DNA of 64,000 bases from Polyangiaceae bacterium (lineage in GTDB: Bacteria; Myxococcota_A; Polyangia; Polyangiales; Polyangiaceae): contig JBGANF010000020.1 in the NCBI GenBank assembly GCA_044222475.1, positions 1 through 64,000 on the forward strand. Reading direction: 5' to 3'. The notes beneath the pieces are model-generated. The model saw nothing but the letters and a program-made list of their open reading frames with translations. It was not told the origin of the DNA and did not search any database. This document shows positions 48,094-57,723 of the stretch, one piece after another. Made by a program: the position numbers and the translations under genes. Position 1 is the first letter of the stretch. Every line of letters begins with the position of its first letter.

Positions 48094-48099
48094 GCGCCC

Positions 48100-49467
48100 G
48101 TGCGCTCCCTCTCGTTCGCCGCGATCGTCCTCGTCGCGTGCAGCGCCCCTGCGCTGCCGCCGGTCGCTCCGGTGACCACCGCGAAGGTCGCTCCGTTGCC
48201 CGATGCGGTCGATCTCGCGACCTCCCTCGCGAACGAGGTCGGTCCTCGGCTCGCGGGGAGCCCGGGCGACGCCGCCGCCGTCGCGTGGGGTCTGAAGACG
48301 ATGACGTCGCTGGGGTTCGCCCACGTCCACAGCGAGCCGGTGCCGGTGCCCGTGTGGCGGCGCCTCGACGAGAGCGCGACGGTCGGCGAGGCGCCGCTCG
48401 CGGTCACCGCCCTCGGCGGTAGCCCGTCGACGCCAGCGGACGGCGTCTTCGCCGAGGTGACGACGGTGAGATCGCTCGACGAGGTCACGAAGGCGCCGGC
48501 TGCGGCGTACCAAGGCCGCATCGTGTTCTTCGACGTCGCGATCGCCCGTGCCCGCGATGGAAGCGGATACGGAGGCGGGGCCAAGGTGCGCGTGCTCGGG
48601 CCAGCGGCCGCCGCAGCGAAGGGCGCGCTCGCAGTGCTCCTGCGCAGCGTCGGCACCGGCGACGACGACTTGCCCCACACCGGCGTGACGAAGGATCCGG
48701 ACGCGCCGGTCGTGGCGATCCCGTCGGCCGCGCTCGGTCGCGCGAGCGCGGATCGCCTCGTCGCGGCGCTCGCGAAGGATGCGCAGACGAAGGTCCGGCT
48801 GCGCATCCACACGGAGCGCGCCGCGGAGGCCACGAGCGCGAACGTCGTAGGGGACGTCGTCGGCATGGAGCCCGGGATCGTCCTGCTCGGCGCGCACCTC
48901 GACTCGTGGGACCTCGGTCGGGGAGCGACCGACGACGGCTGCGGCGTCGGGGCCGTGCTCGACGCAGCGGCGCGCGTCGCTCGCGCGGGCGTACCGCGGC
49001 GCACGGTGAGGGTCGTCCTCTTCGCCGCCGAAGAGAACAGCGGCGCTGGCGCGAAGGCGTACGCGGCGGCCCACGCGACCGATCCGCACGTCTCGGCGAC
49101 CGAGATGGATGCCGGGTGCGGCGCTCCCTACGAGGTGCGCGTGCTCGCCGGGCCCGGCGAGGCGACGACCGCGATCACGAGCGCGATCCGTCGGGCGATC
49201 GTGCCGATCCCTCTCGCGGAAGCGACCGCGGAGGGCGGCGCCGACGTCCAGGCCCTTCGCGTGCTCGGCGTCCCCGTCATCGACGTGCGCCAGGACATGA
49301 CGCACTACTTCGACATGCACCACACGAAGGGCGACGACGCGGCCGCCATCGATGGCCCGGCGCTGCGCGTCGCGGCGCAGACCCTTGCTCGCGTCGCGCT
49401 CGCCGTCGCCCGCGCGGACGGGACCCTCGGCCCCGTGCCGGAGACGAAGCGAAAGCGGAGCTACTAG
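48100..49467 (+). CDS. M28-family peptidase (carboxypeptidase Q-like), lipoprotein
   Basis: GPRLAGS, GAHLDSWD, GATDDG, FAAEE, YFDMHHT. Confidence 0.92.
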   Translation: MRSLSFAAIVLVACSAPALPPVAPVTTAKVAPLPDAVDLATSLANEVGPRLAGSPGDAAAVAWGLKTMTSLGFAHVHSEPVPVPVWRRLDESATVGEAPLAVTALGGSPSTPADGVFAEVTTVRSLDEVTKAPAAAYQGRIVFFDVAIARARDGSGYGGGAKVRVLGPAAAAAKGALAVLLRSVGTGDDDLPHTGVTKDPDAPVVAIPSAALGRASADRLVAALAKDAQTKVRLRIHTERAAEATSANVVGDVVGMEPGIVLLGAHLDSWDLGRGATDDGCGVGAVLDAAARVARAGVPRRTVRVVLFAAEENSGAGAKAYAAAHATDPHVSATEMDAGCGAPYEVRVLAGPGEATTAITSAIRRAIVPIPLAEATAEGGADVQALRVLGVPVIDVRQDMTHYFDMHHTKGDDAAAIDGPALRVAAQTLARVALAVARADGTLGPVPETKRKRSY

Positions 49468-49521
49468 CGCGCAATCTTTGCCGATTCTTTGCGCGCCCAT
49501 GCAGATGACTTACACTGAAGC

Positions 49522-50562
49522 ATGCGACGACTTTTCTTGGGGGGGTTCGCCGTCTGTCTGGCCGGATGCGGGCTGGACCAGGCGGGACAACTCCAGGAAA
49601 CCGAGGCCGGCCCCGACGTGGTCGTCATCCTCGACGGATCGAACGACCGCACCGTCGTCGACGCTCCCGTCGATTCGCCGGTCGACCTCGACGCGAGCGA
49701 CGGCGGCACCGACGCGAGCGACGGCGGCACCGACGCGAGCGACGCCGGCACCGACGCCAGCGATGCCGGCTGCCCGCTCACTGCGTGCACCGTGGCCAAC
49801 GTCCCCGGCGGCTGGGAGCCCATCGCCTACAAGGAGAACACGGGGGCATGCCCGGCGACGTTCAACGGGACGGCCTACGTCACCAACCCCACCGTGGGCG
49901 GCAGCACGTGCACGTGCGGGTGCTCTCTCACGCAGAACCCGGTCTGCGACGTCGGCACGAGCCAGACCTACTTCTCCAACGCCGCGGGCTGCGGCTCGAC
50001 CGGACAAGCGCTGACCTTCAGCGGATCGGGGTGCCTCAACTTCCCCGGTGGCAACTTGGCGAACTTCTACAAGTCGACGGCACTGCCGGTCTCGGGCGGT
50101 GCGTGCACGGCGGCGCCGGTCACCGGCTCGGCGGTCGAGACGACCGCCGAGTCGTGCGCTCCCACGGTCTGCAAGGAGGACATCTGCGCCGGCAACGTCC
50201 CGGCGACCTACGCGGCGTGCATCGAGACGCCCGGCGACCAAGCGTGCCCGGGCTCGTCGCCGTTCACGGTGAAGCACCTCATCGGCACGAACACGAACGT
50301 CTCGTGCTCGAACTCGTGCAGCTGCGCTGCGACCGGCACGTGCTCCGCGCCGAAGATCGCGTTCTACTCCGACAACTCGTGCACGAGCCTCACCGTGACG
50401 CTCGCGTCGGACAACACCTGCATCGGCACCGGGTCGGGTGGAAGCTTCGTGAGCAGCGGCAAGTACTCGGCCACGCTCACGAACCCCACGTGCACGAAAG
50501 GTGGGTCGACCACCGCAACCCTCGATCTGCAGAACAAACGCACGATCTGCTGCCGGCCGTGA
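49522..50562 (+). CDS. Cys-rich lipoprotein
   Basis: LAGC lipobox; DASD[GA]GT tandem linker; many Cys; ends TICCRP. Confidence 0.85.
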   Translation: MRRLFLGGFAVCLAGCGLDQAGQLQETEAGPDVVVILDGSNDRTVVDAPVDSPVDLDASDGGTDASDGGTDASDAGTDASDAGCPLTACTVANVPGGWEPIAYKENTGACPATFNGTAYVTNPTVGGSTCTCGCSLTQNPVCDVGTSQTYFSNAAGCGSTGQALTFSGSGCLNFPGGNLANFYKSTALPVSGGACTAAPVTGSAVETTAESCAPTVCKEDICAGNVPATYAACIETPGDQACPGSSPFTVKHLIGTNTNVSCSNSCSCAATGTCSAPKIAFYSDNSCTSLTVTLASDNTCIGTGSGGSFVSSGKYSATLTNPTCTKGGSTTATLDLQNKRTICCRP

Positions 50563-50618
50563 GCCCACTGTAAGGTCCCGGGTCCCGCCCCGTTTCCTCC
50601 ACCACAACGGAGGAATTC

Positions 50619-52169
50619 ATGCGTCGATCCCTGCGCCTCGCCATCGTCACCGCACCGCTCCTCGCTGCTGCCTGCGGCGGTTCCTACAGTCGCTCGCCGA
50701 CGAGCACCGCGGACATGATGCCTCCGCCGAGCGCGCCCTCCGGCAGCGCGTACCTCGCCGATGGAGAGCCCAAGGCGGCGAACACCGAGCAGTACACCGA
50801 CTACGGCGTGAACGGCCTCACGGACGCGTCGAAGGACCACCTCTCCACGTTCGCGATCGACGTCGATACGGCGTCGTACTCGATCACGCGCCGCTACATC
50901 ACGCAGCAGGGCTCGCTCCCTCCGTTCGCCGCGGTCCGCGTCGAGGAGTTCGTGAACTCGTTCCGCTACGACTACGCGCCTCCGGCTGCCGGGAGCCCGT
51001 TCGCCGTCCACATGACCGGCGCACCTTCGCCGTACGCGAAGGGGCACAGCCTCATTCGCGTCGCGCTCCAGGGAAAGTCGATCACGCCGGCCGAGCGCAA
51101 GCCGGTTCACCTCGTGTACCTCGTCGACACGAGCGGCTCGATGAGCTCGGAAGACAAGATCGGTCTCGCGAAGAAGTCGCTGCGCTTGCTCACCGACACG
51201 CTACATGCCGGTGACACCGTCGCGCTCTGTACCTACGCCGGCAGCGTGAGCCTGGTGCTCCCGCCGACGAGCATCGACGACAAAGCGAAGATCCTGAAGG
51301 GCATCGACAACCTCATGGCCGGCGGCTCGACCGCGATGGCGAGCGGCATCGACCTCGCCTACAGCCTCGCCAGCAAGACCCACGTCCCCGGCGACATCAG
51401 CCGAGTCGTCGTGCTCTCCGACGGCGACGCCAACGTCGGCACGACGAGCCACGAGGACATCCTCAAGCAGATTGCAAAATACAAGGATCAGGGGATCACC
51501 CTGTCGACCGTGGGCTTCGGCTCCGGCAACTACAAGGACACGATGATGGAGCAGCTCGCCGACAAGGGCGACGGCAACTACTCGTACATCGACAGCGAGT
51601 CCGAGGCGCGGCGCGTGTTCGGCGAAGCCGTCGACGGTCTGCTCCAAGTGATCGCCCGTGACGTGAAGGTCCAGGTCGACTTCGATCCGAAGGTCGTCAA
51701 AGAGTACCGCCTCATCGGCTACGAGAACCGCGACGTCGCCGACAAGGACTTCACGAACGACAAGGTCGACGGAGGCGAGGTCGGCGCCGGTCACTCGGTG
51801 ACCGCGCTCTACGACGTGGTGCTCCAACCGTCTGCAGCCGGCTCGCCGCTCACCGTGCACCTCCGCGCGAAGCCGCCCCTCGGCGGCGACAAGGCGACGC
51901 AGACCGACTTCGTGATGGATCCGAAGGCGATGGCGAAGAGCTTCGACGAGGTCCCGGCCAGCTTCCGCTTCGCCACTGCGGTCGCGGGGTTCGCGGAGAT
52001 CCTCCGCAAGAGCCCCTACGCTCACGACTACGGCTTCGCCGACGTGCAGAAGATCGCCCAGGCGTCGCTCGAAGCGAAGCCCGAGCGCGCCGAGTTCCTC
52101 GATCTCGTGAAGCGCGCGAACCAGATCACCGGCGGTGCGCCGCAGACCACGGTGCCCATCGCACACTGA
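50619..52169 (+). CDS. YfbK-like vWA lipoprotein
   Basis: STFAIDVDTASY, VRVEEFVNSF, VDTSGSM, SDGDANVG, YRLIGYENR. Confidence 0.92.
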   Translation: MRRSLRLAIVTAPLLAAACGGSYSRSPTSTADMMPPPSAPSGSAYLADGEPKAANTEQYTDYGVNGLTDASKDHLSTFAIDVDTASYSITRRYITQQGSLPPFAAVRVEEFVNSFRYDYAPPAAGSPFAVHMTGAPSPYAKGHSLIRVALQGKSITPAERKPVHLVYLVDTSGSMSSEDKIGLAKKSLRLLTDTLHAGDTVALCTYAGSVSLVLPPTSIDDKAKILKGIDNLMAGGSTAMASGIDLAYSLASKTHVPGDISRVVVLSDGDANVGTTSHEDILKQIAKYKDQGITLSTVGFGSGNYKDTMMEQLADKGDGNYSYIDSESEARRVFGEAVDGLLQVIARDVKVQVDFDPKVVKEYRLIGYENRDVADKDFTNDKVDGGEVGAGHSVTALYDVVLQPSAAGSPLTVHLRAKPPLGGDKATQTDFVMDPKAMAKSFDEVPASFRFATAVAGFAEILRKSPYAHDYGFADVQKIAQASLEAKPERAEFLDLVKRANQITGGAPQTTVPIAH

Positions 52170-52181
52170 GCAGCTCTCGCC

Positions 52182-52289
52182 CGGCGCCCGTGGCCGTGCC
52201 CGTGCCCGAACCACGCCGTCACCGGTATCGCTCCCAACTACGAGATCGGCGGCGGCGTTCTTCGGGCACGGGCACGGCTTCGGGCGCCG
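52182..52289. repeat. Long intergenic inverted repeat built from CCGTGC hexamers
   Basis: CGGCGCCCG-TG-GCCGTGCCCGTGCCCGAA pairs with TTCGGGCACGGGCACGGC-TT-CGGGCGCCG. Confidence 0.8.
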
Positions 52290-52330
52290 CTCCTTGACGC
52301 TTCGCGGCGAGTGAGCATCTTAGAGGCGCC

Positions 52331-52996
52331 GTGTGTCCCCATTGCCGCCAAGACGCGCCCATCGTGTACCGCGGCATCGCGGCCTACTGCACGGCGTGCG
52401 GCCAGCCGCGCCTGCCGCTCGTCGCCAAGTCGGTGAACCTCGCAGGGCAGGGGTCGCAAGTGGGCGGCACGGTCACGCGGGTGCTCGGGTTCATCGTTCT
52501 CTTCACCGGGCTCGCGGTCTCTCTCGTGGTGTTCGGCATCCTGGCGATCTTCGTGCCCGCGCTTTGGATCGCCGCCGCGGTGGGCGTGCCGCTCGCGCTC
52601 CTCGTGGCGCTCGCCGCGTGGAGCATCATCCGCAGCGGCCGCACGCTCGAGAAGAGCGGCTTGTCCGAGCAAGAGAGCACGCGCCTCGAAGCGGTGCTCG
52701 CGCTGGCGCGCAACAAGAAGGGGCCGCTGAGCGCGGCCGAGGTCAGCGCGTCGTTGGGAATCCACTGGGCGCAGGCCGACGCGCTCCTGACCGATCTGGC
52801 GAAGCGCCACCCCGAGATCGCCACCGTCGAGATCGACGATCAAGGAGGGGTGTTCTACCGGGTCGACCCGGGGACGCCGAAGCTCCGCGTGGCTCCAACG
52901 TCATCGTTGGGAGACGACCTCGAGCGAGCTCGCTGGGCGGAAGCGGCGGAAGCGGAGAGCGAAGCGCAGGCGCACGCTCGAGCGAAACGGCATTGA
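52331..52996 (+). CDS. Zinc-ribbon + 2-TM membrane protein
   Basis: CPHC...CTAC, two TM helices, wHTH-like C-terminal part. Confidence 0.8.
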   Translation: MCPHCRQDAPIVYRGIAAYCTACGQPRLPLVAKSVNLAGQGSQVGGTVTRVLGFIVLFTGLAVSLVVFGILAIFVPALWIAAAVGVPLALLVALAAWSIIRSGRTLEKSGLSEQESTRLEAVLALARNKKGPLSAAEVSASLGIHWAQADALLTDLAKRHPEIATVEIDDQGGVFYRVDPGTPKLRVAPTSSLGDDLERARWAEAAEAESEAQAHARAKRH

Positions 52997-53003
52997 TGGA
53001 GCA

Positions 53004-53270
53004 CCCCGGACTGAAGTCCGGTGGACTCATCGCATTCTGCGTTTCGCGAGCGAATTTCATGGCGCCCCGGACTGAAGTCCGGGGCAGCAACGGAATCGAT
53101 GCATGACCCAACCAAAGCCCGCGCGGAGCGCGGGCTCCCCGTGCTGAGGCGATCCATCATACCAGCTTGGGACAACGTTTGATGTGGCAACGAGAGCCCG
53201 CCCTCCTGGGCGGGCTTTGGGCGAGTACGCGGCGGGCCCGCTGCTGCCCCGGACTTCAGTCCGGGGCGCC
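53004..53270. repeat. REP/REPIN-like cluster
   Basis: CCCCGGACTGAAGTCCGG at 53004 and 53065; 53061-53089 is a perfect 29-bp inverted repeat of 53242-53270. Confidence 0.85.
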
Positions 53271-53297
53271 CGGCGATCGAGATTGGATGAGGTGCCA

Positions 53298-54428
53298 TCA
53301 CTGCGTGCAGTCGTCCGTCCACGCGGCGCCGCACGGCTGGAGCTGACCGACGCCGGCCTTCACCGCGCCGAACTTCGCGCCGACCGCCTCGAACCCGAGC
53401 GCGAGGGAGAGCGCATCGCACGGTGCGTTCGTGTTGTCGTTCTGGGGCGACGACACGATGTCGAGGTTCTTGCAGATGAGCGCCTTGATGCTCGCGTAGG
53501 TTCCGGAGTCGCCGCAGAGGTACTCGTCGGTGAGCGGCACCTTGATCGACTGAATCGACGTGAGGAACTTCCGCGACGGCCAGCGACCCGTCAACACACC
53601 CTCGCTGATGGACCAGACGCCGTTCTTCTGAACGACCTTCCCGGTGACGACGACGCCGCTCATGTTCACCTTGAGCGACGCGAGCCCGCTGCCGGCGGCC
53701 AGCTCGAGGTCGGCGTTGGCGAGCGACGCGACGAGCACTCCGTCGCGCACGTACGCCGCCGTGTCGACGCTGTTCGGCTGCGGGATGTACGGCGGCGCGA
53801 TGCCTCCGAGGAGGGAGCGCGGGTCGACCGTCCAGACGTCGGTCCCGTCGAACGCGGGCGTCTTCGGCGGACCCCCGTCGACCTGGGGCTCGGTGCCGTT
53901 CGAGATGTAGAGTGCCGCCTCGACGCTCGTGTCGTTGGGGGCGCCGTTGTAGTTGCGGATGCGCACGAGCAAGCCGAACTCGCCGGCCTGCATGCGTTGG
54001 TTGAGCTTCTGGGGGTTGTACGACGTCGCGAACGACGTGAACTGCGTGAGGAGCTGCCCGCCGGAGTTGTCGCGCCCGGCGTCGTCGTCGCACATGGGTC
54101 CTGCGCCCTTCGGTGGCACGCACGAGCCAGGGCCAGGGCACGTGCACGCGCGATCGAGGTCGAAGCCGCGGCTCGCGCCGCCGTCGCTCGGAAAGTCGAA
54201 CTGACGCACCGCGAACGTGAGGTCGCCGGCATCGACCCCGGGATCGTCACTCGCAGGGCGCGCGGGGTACGTCGCTCCGTTGCAGGCAAAGGCGTCGGGG
54301 CCTCCGTCGCCGGGGACGATGCCTCCGTCGCCGGGGACGAGCAGCGACGTGTCGTAGACGGCGCACGACGCCCACGCAGCGACGATGGACGCTGCGAAGA
54401 TCAGTCCGACGACGGTTCCACGATGCAT
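53298..54428 (-). CDS. Hypothetical lipoprotein
   Basis: WASC lipobox-like; GFDLD..CTC, DDDAGRDN. Confidence 0.8.
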   Translation of the reverse strand: MHRGTVVGLIFAASIVAAWASCAVYDTSLLVPGDGGIVPGDGGPDAFACNGATYPARPASDDPGVDAGDLTFAVRQFDFPSDGGASRGFDLDRACTCPGPGSCVPPKGAGPMCDDDAGRDNSGGQLLTQFTSFATSYNPQKLNQRMQAGEFGLLVRIRNYNGAPNDTSVEAALYISNGTEPQVDGGPPKTPAFDGTDVWTVDPRSLLGGIAPPYIPQPNSVDTAAYVRDGVLVASLANADLELAAGSGLASLKVNMSGVVVTGKVVQKNGVWSISEGVLTGRWPSRKFLTSIQSIKVPLTDEYLCGDSGTYASIKALICKNLDIVSSPQNDNTNAPCDALSLALGFEAVGAKFGAVKAGVGQLQPCGAAWTDDCTQ

Positions 54429-54459
54429 GAGCTTCAGGTCGCGCCCGAAGGCGCTCAGC

Positions 54460-54786
54460 TCATCGTACTTCCAAAAGCTCGACTTCGAAAACGAGGGTCG
54501 AGTTGGGCGGGATCACGTCGCCGAAGCCGTCCGCGCCGTACGCCATGTCGGACGGGATCGTGAGCTTGCGGAGCTCGCCGACCTTCATGCCGGCCACGCC
54601 GACGTCCCAGCCTTGGATGACCATCCCAGCGCCGAGCTTGAAGGTGAAGCCCTTCCCCCGGTCGCGCGAGCTGTCGAACTTCGACCCGTTGGTCAGCGTC
54701 CCCACGTAGTGGACGGTGACGGTGTTGCCTTTGGCGGCAGTGGCACCCGTGCCCGGGCGCAGCGTTTCCATCGCGAGCTGGCTCAT
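54460..54786 (-). CDS. FKBP-type peptidyl-prolyl isomerase
   Basis: VHYVGTL, KFDSSRDR, VIQGWD, IPPNSTLVFEVEL. Confidence 0.97.
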   Translation of the reverse strand: MSQLAMETLRPGTGATAAKGNTVTVHYVGTLTNGSKFDSSRDRGKGFTFKLGAGMVIQGWDVGVAGMKVGELRKLTIPSDMAYGADGFGDVIPPNSTLVFEVELLEVR

Positions 54787-54882
54787 CACCGCTTGGAACC
54801 ACGAGCGGACGAAGGCGTCAAGCGCCAGCCGCCGCTAGTCGGGTCGTGCGCATCGTGCTAACCGTTCGTCTCGTGGCTCCCG

Positions 54883-55851
54883 ATGGGTGATTCTGGCGCG
54901 CGGCGAGGCCTGTATCCGGAGATCGAGCCCTACGACACGGGGATGCTCGACGTCTCTCCGGTGCACCGGATCTACTACGAGCAATCGGGCAACCCGAAGG
55001 GCAAGCCGGTGATCTTCGTGCACGGTGGCCCGGGCGGCGGGAGTGATCCGAAGCAGCGTCGCTTCTTCGACCCTGCGCATTATCGAGTCGTGATCTTCGA
55101 CCAGCGCGGCTGCGGCCAGAGCACGCCGCATGCGAGCCTCGAGGACAACACGACGTGGCACCTCGTCTCCGACATGGAGAAGATCCGCGAGCACCTCGCG
55201 ATCGACCGCTGGCAGGTCTTCGGCGGCTCGTGGGGGAGCACGCTCGCGCTCGCGTACGCGCAGAAGCACCCGGAGCGCGTGACGGAGCTGATCCTCCGAG
55301 GGATCTTCCTGCTCCGCAAGTCGGAGATCGACTGGTTCTACCAGAAGGGGGCGAGCGCGCTGTTCGCCGACGCGTGGGAGGACTACCTCGCGCCGATCCC
55401 CGAAGCCGAGCGCGGCGACCTGTTGCATGCATATTACAAGCGATTGACCTCGACCGACGCCGCCGAGCGAACGCGCGCGGCGATCGCGTGGAGCGTCTGG
55501 GAAGGGCGGACGAGCTGCCTCGTGCCGAACGCCGATCTCATCGCGAAGAACGCGGTCGACGAGTACGCGCTCGCGTTCGCTCGCATCGAGTGCCACTACT
55601 TCGTCAACGGCGGCTTCTTCCCGAACGACCGCGCGCTCCTCGACGGCGTCGACCGCATCCGCCACATCCCCGCCGTCATCGTCCAAGGGCGCTACGACGT
55701 CGTGTGCCCGATGGAGACGGCGTGGGCGCTCCATCGCGCGTGGCCCGAAGCGGAGTTCCACATCACGCCCGACGCGGGTCACGCCGCGCTCGAGCCCGGC
55801 ACGCTCCACCAGCTCGTCTCCGCGACCGACCGGTTTCGCGATCGGAAGTAG
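54883..55851 (+). CDS. pip: Proline iminopeptidase (S33)
   Basis: HGGPGGG, FDQRGCG, FGGSWGS, GRYDVVCP, AGH. Confidence 0.96.
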   Translation: MGDSGARRGLYPEIEPYDTGMLDVSPVHRIYYEQSGNPKGKPVIFVHGGPGGGSDPKQRRFFDPAHYRVVIFDQRGCGQSTPHASLEDNTTWHLVSDMEKIREHLAIDRWQVFGGSWGSTLALAYAQKHPERVTELILRGIFLLRKSEIDWFYQKGASALFADAWEDYLAPIPEAERGDLLHAYYKRLTSTDAAERTRAAIAWSVWEGRTSCLVPNADLIAKNAVDEYALAFARIECHYFVNGGFFPNDRALLDGVDRIRHIPAVIVQGRYDVVCPMETAWALHRAWPEAEFHITPDAGHAALEPGTLHQLVSATDRFRDRK

Positions 55852-55859
55852 GGGCCCGG

Positions 55860-56489
55860 GTGGAGACCGGCGCCGACTTCCGCGAAGAGCACGTCCTGGG
55901 GGACGGAACGCGCGTCGTGCTCCGACACATTCGCCCCGACGACGCCGCCGAGCTCCGTCGAGGGTTCGCCGCGCTGTCGCCCCAGTCGCGGTACCGCCGC
56001 TTCTTCGGAGCCGTGACCGAGCTCGACGATCGCACGGTCGAGTACCTCACCCACGTCGACGGTCGTGATCACGTCGCCATCATCGCCGTGACGGAGTCGC
56101 TCGATCTCAAGAGCGAGCGCGGCGTCGGGGTCGTGCGGTTCGTGCGGCTCGAGGACGATCCTTCGGCGGCCGAAGTCGCCGTCACCGTCGTCGACGACAT
56201 GCAACGGAAGGGGCTCGGGACGTTGCTCGCGCACGTCGCGATGCGAGCCGCGCGCGAGCGCGGCATCCACCATTTCCGCGGCGAGGTCTTGGCGGAGAAC
56301 GTCGTGCTCGTCGAGGCGCTCCGCGCCGATCCTTCGGTGCGCACGCGCGAAGGGGAGGGCACCGTGTCGTTCGACGTCGCGCTGGACGCGAAGGACGACA
56401 TGAACGCGCTCGTCCGCCGTCTTCTCCGCTTCGCGGTCGAGCCGGTGTTTCTGGCGTTTCGATGGCTGCGGGTGCCGAAGCGCCCGTGA
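55860..56489 (+). CDS. GNAT family N-acetyltransferase
   Basis: LSPQSRYRRFF, AEVAVTV, QRKGLGT, VLAEN. Confidence 0.88.
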   Translation: METGADFREEHVLGDGTRVVLRHIRPDDAAELRRGFAALSPQSRYRRFFGAVTELDDRTVEYLTHVDGRDHVAIIAVTESLDLKSERGVGVVRFVRLEDDPSAAEVAVTVVDDMQRKGLGTLLAHVAMRAARERGIHHFRGEVLAENVVLVEALRADPSVRTREGEGTVSFDVALDAKDDMNALVRRLLRFAVEPVFLAFRWLRVPKRP

Positions 56490-56492
56490 GGC

Positions 56493-57704
56493 TCAGCGGT
56501 CGGCGTCGAGGTCGTCCACTCGTCGCAGATCAGGAAACAACGCGACCCACAGGACGACGACGGCGCACGTCCCGATGCCTCCGACGAGCGTCGCGAGGCG
56601 ATGACCGAGCCACTCGGCGGTGACGCCCGACTCGAACTCGCCGAGCTCGTTGGAGGCTCCGACGAACACCGAGTTGACGGCCGACACGCGCCCGCGCATC
56701 TCGGGAGGCGTCGCGCGTTGGAGGAGGGTCTGGCGAATCACGACGCTCACCATGTCGGCGGCGCCGGCGACGAACAGGAGCGCGAGCGCGAGTCGGATGT
56801 CGTGGGCGCGCGCGAAGCCGATCGTCGCGAGCCCGAAGATCGCGACGCACGCGAACATCCACGCGCCGGCGTGTCGCCGTAGCGGCCGATAGGCGATCAC
56901 CGTCGCGGTGATGGCGGCGCCGGCTCCCGGCGCGGCGCGCAGGATGCCGAGGCTCTGCGCGCCACCCTCGAAGTCTTTCGCGTACAGAGGCAGGAGCGCC
57001 ACGGCGCCGCCGAGGAGGACGGCGAAGAGATCGAGCGAGATCGATCCGAGGATGAGCTTCTTCGACCAGATGTATCGGACGCCGGCGAGCACGGTCTCCG
57101 CCGTGGCCGGTCCTTCGCGCATCAACGTCGGAACGGTTTCGATCCTCGACGTCAACGCGAACGCGACGAGGCACAGCAGCGAAGACACGACGTAGACGCG
57201 GTCGCCGAGGACGGCGGTGAGCGTGCCGCCGATCGCGGGACCGGCGATCGCCGAGAGCTGCCAGAAGCTGGAGTTCCACGCGACCGCGTTGCTGAACACC
57301 TCGCGCGGCACGAGCTCGGGAGCGAGCGCGGCGCCTGCCGGTTGGTTGAACGCTCGCGTCGTCCCGATCATGAGCAACGCGACGTAGATCGGCCAGACCT
57401 CCTTTCGCCCGCTGCGGGTGTACGCGTAGAGGAGGAGAGCGAGCGCCGCGTACGCGAGGTACGTGAGGCGGAGGATGGTGCGTCGGTCGTAGCGGTCGGC
57501 GGTGTGACCCGCGAAGAGCGCGAGGCCGGCGGCGGGCAGAAACTGCATGAGCCCGGCCAAGCCGAGGTCGAGCGCGCGGCCGGTGCGCTCGACGAGATGC
57601 CACGCGACCGCCACGCCGAGGATCTGCCACGCGACGATCGCGGCGACGCGGGCGCCGAGCATGCGACGGTAGTCGGGATACTCGAAGGCTCGGCCGCCAC
57701 GCAC
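56493..57704 (-). CDS. MFS transporter
   Basis: GHTADRYDRR, SLDLFAVLLGG, GASNELGEFESG. Confidence 0.93.
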   Translation of the reverse strand: MRGGRAFEYPDYRRMLGARVAAIVAWQILGVAVAWHLVERTGRALDLGLAGLMQFLPAAGLALFAGHTADRYDRRTILRLTYLAYAALALLLYAYTRSGRKEVWPIYVALLMIGTTRAFNQPAGAALAPELVPREVFSNAVAWNSSFWQLSAIAGPAIGGTLTAVLGDRVYVVSSLLCLVAFALTSRIETVPTLMREGPATAETVLAGVRYIWSKKLILGSISLDLFAVLLGGAVALLPLYAKDFEGGAQSLGILRAAPGAGAAITATVIAYRPLRRHAGAWMFACVAIFGLATIGFARAHDIRLALALLFVAGAADMVSVVIRQTLLQRATPPEMRGRVSAVNSVFVGASNELGEFESGVTAEWLGHRLATLVGGIGTCAVVVLWVALFPDLRRVDDLDADR

Positions 57705-57723
57705 GCCGCCACGCTACTGCAAG

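Noticed and set aside
49690..49770. 21-bp tandem repeats as possible CRISPR
   Set aside because: In-frame DASDGGT linker; no spacers or cas genes
50619..52169. Second vWA gene as part of the Ubl system
   Set aside because: Exported YfbK-type lipoprotein, distant and unrelated
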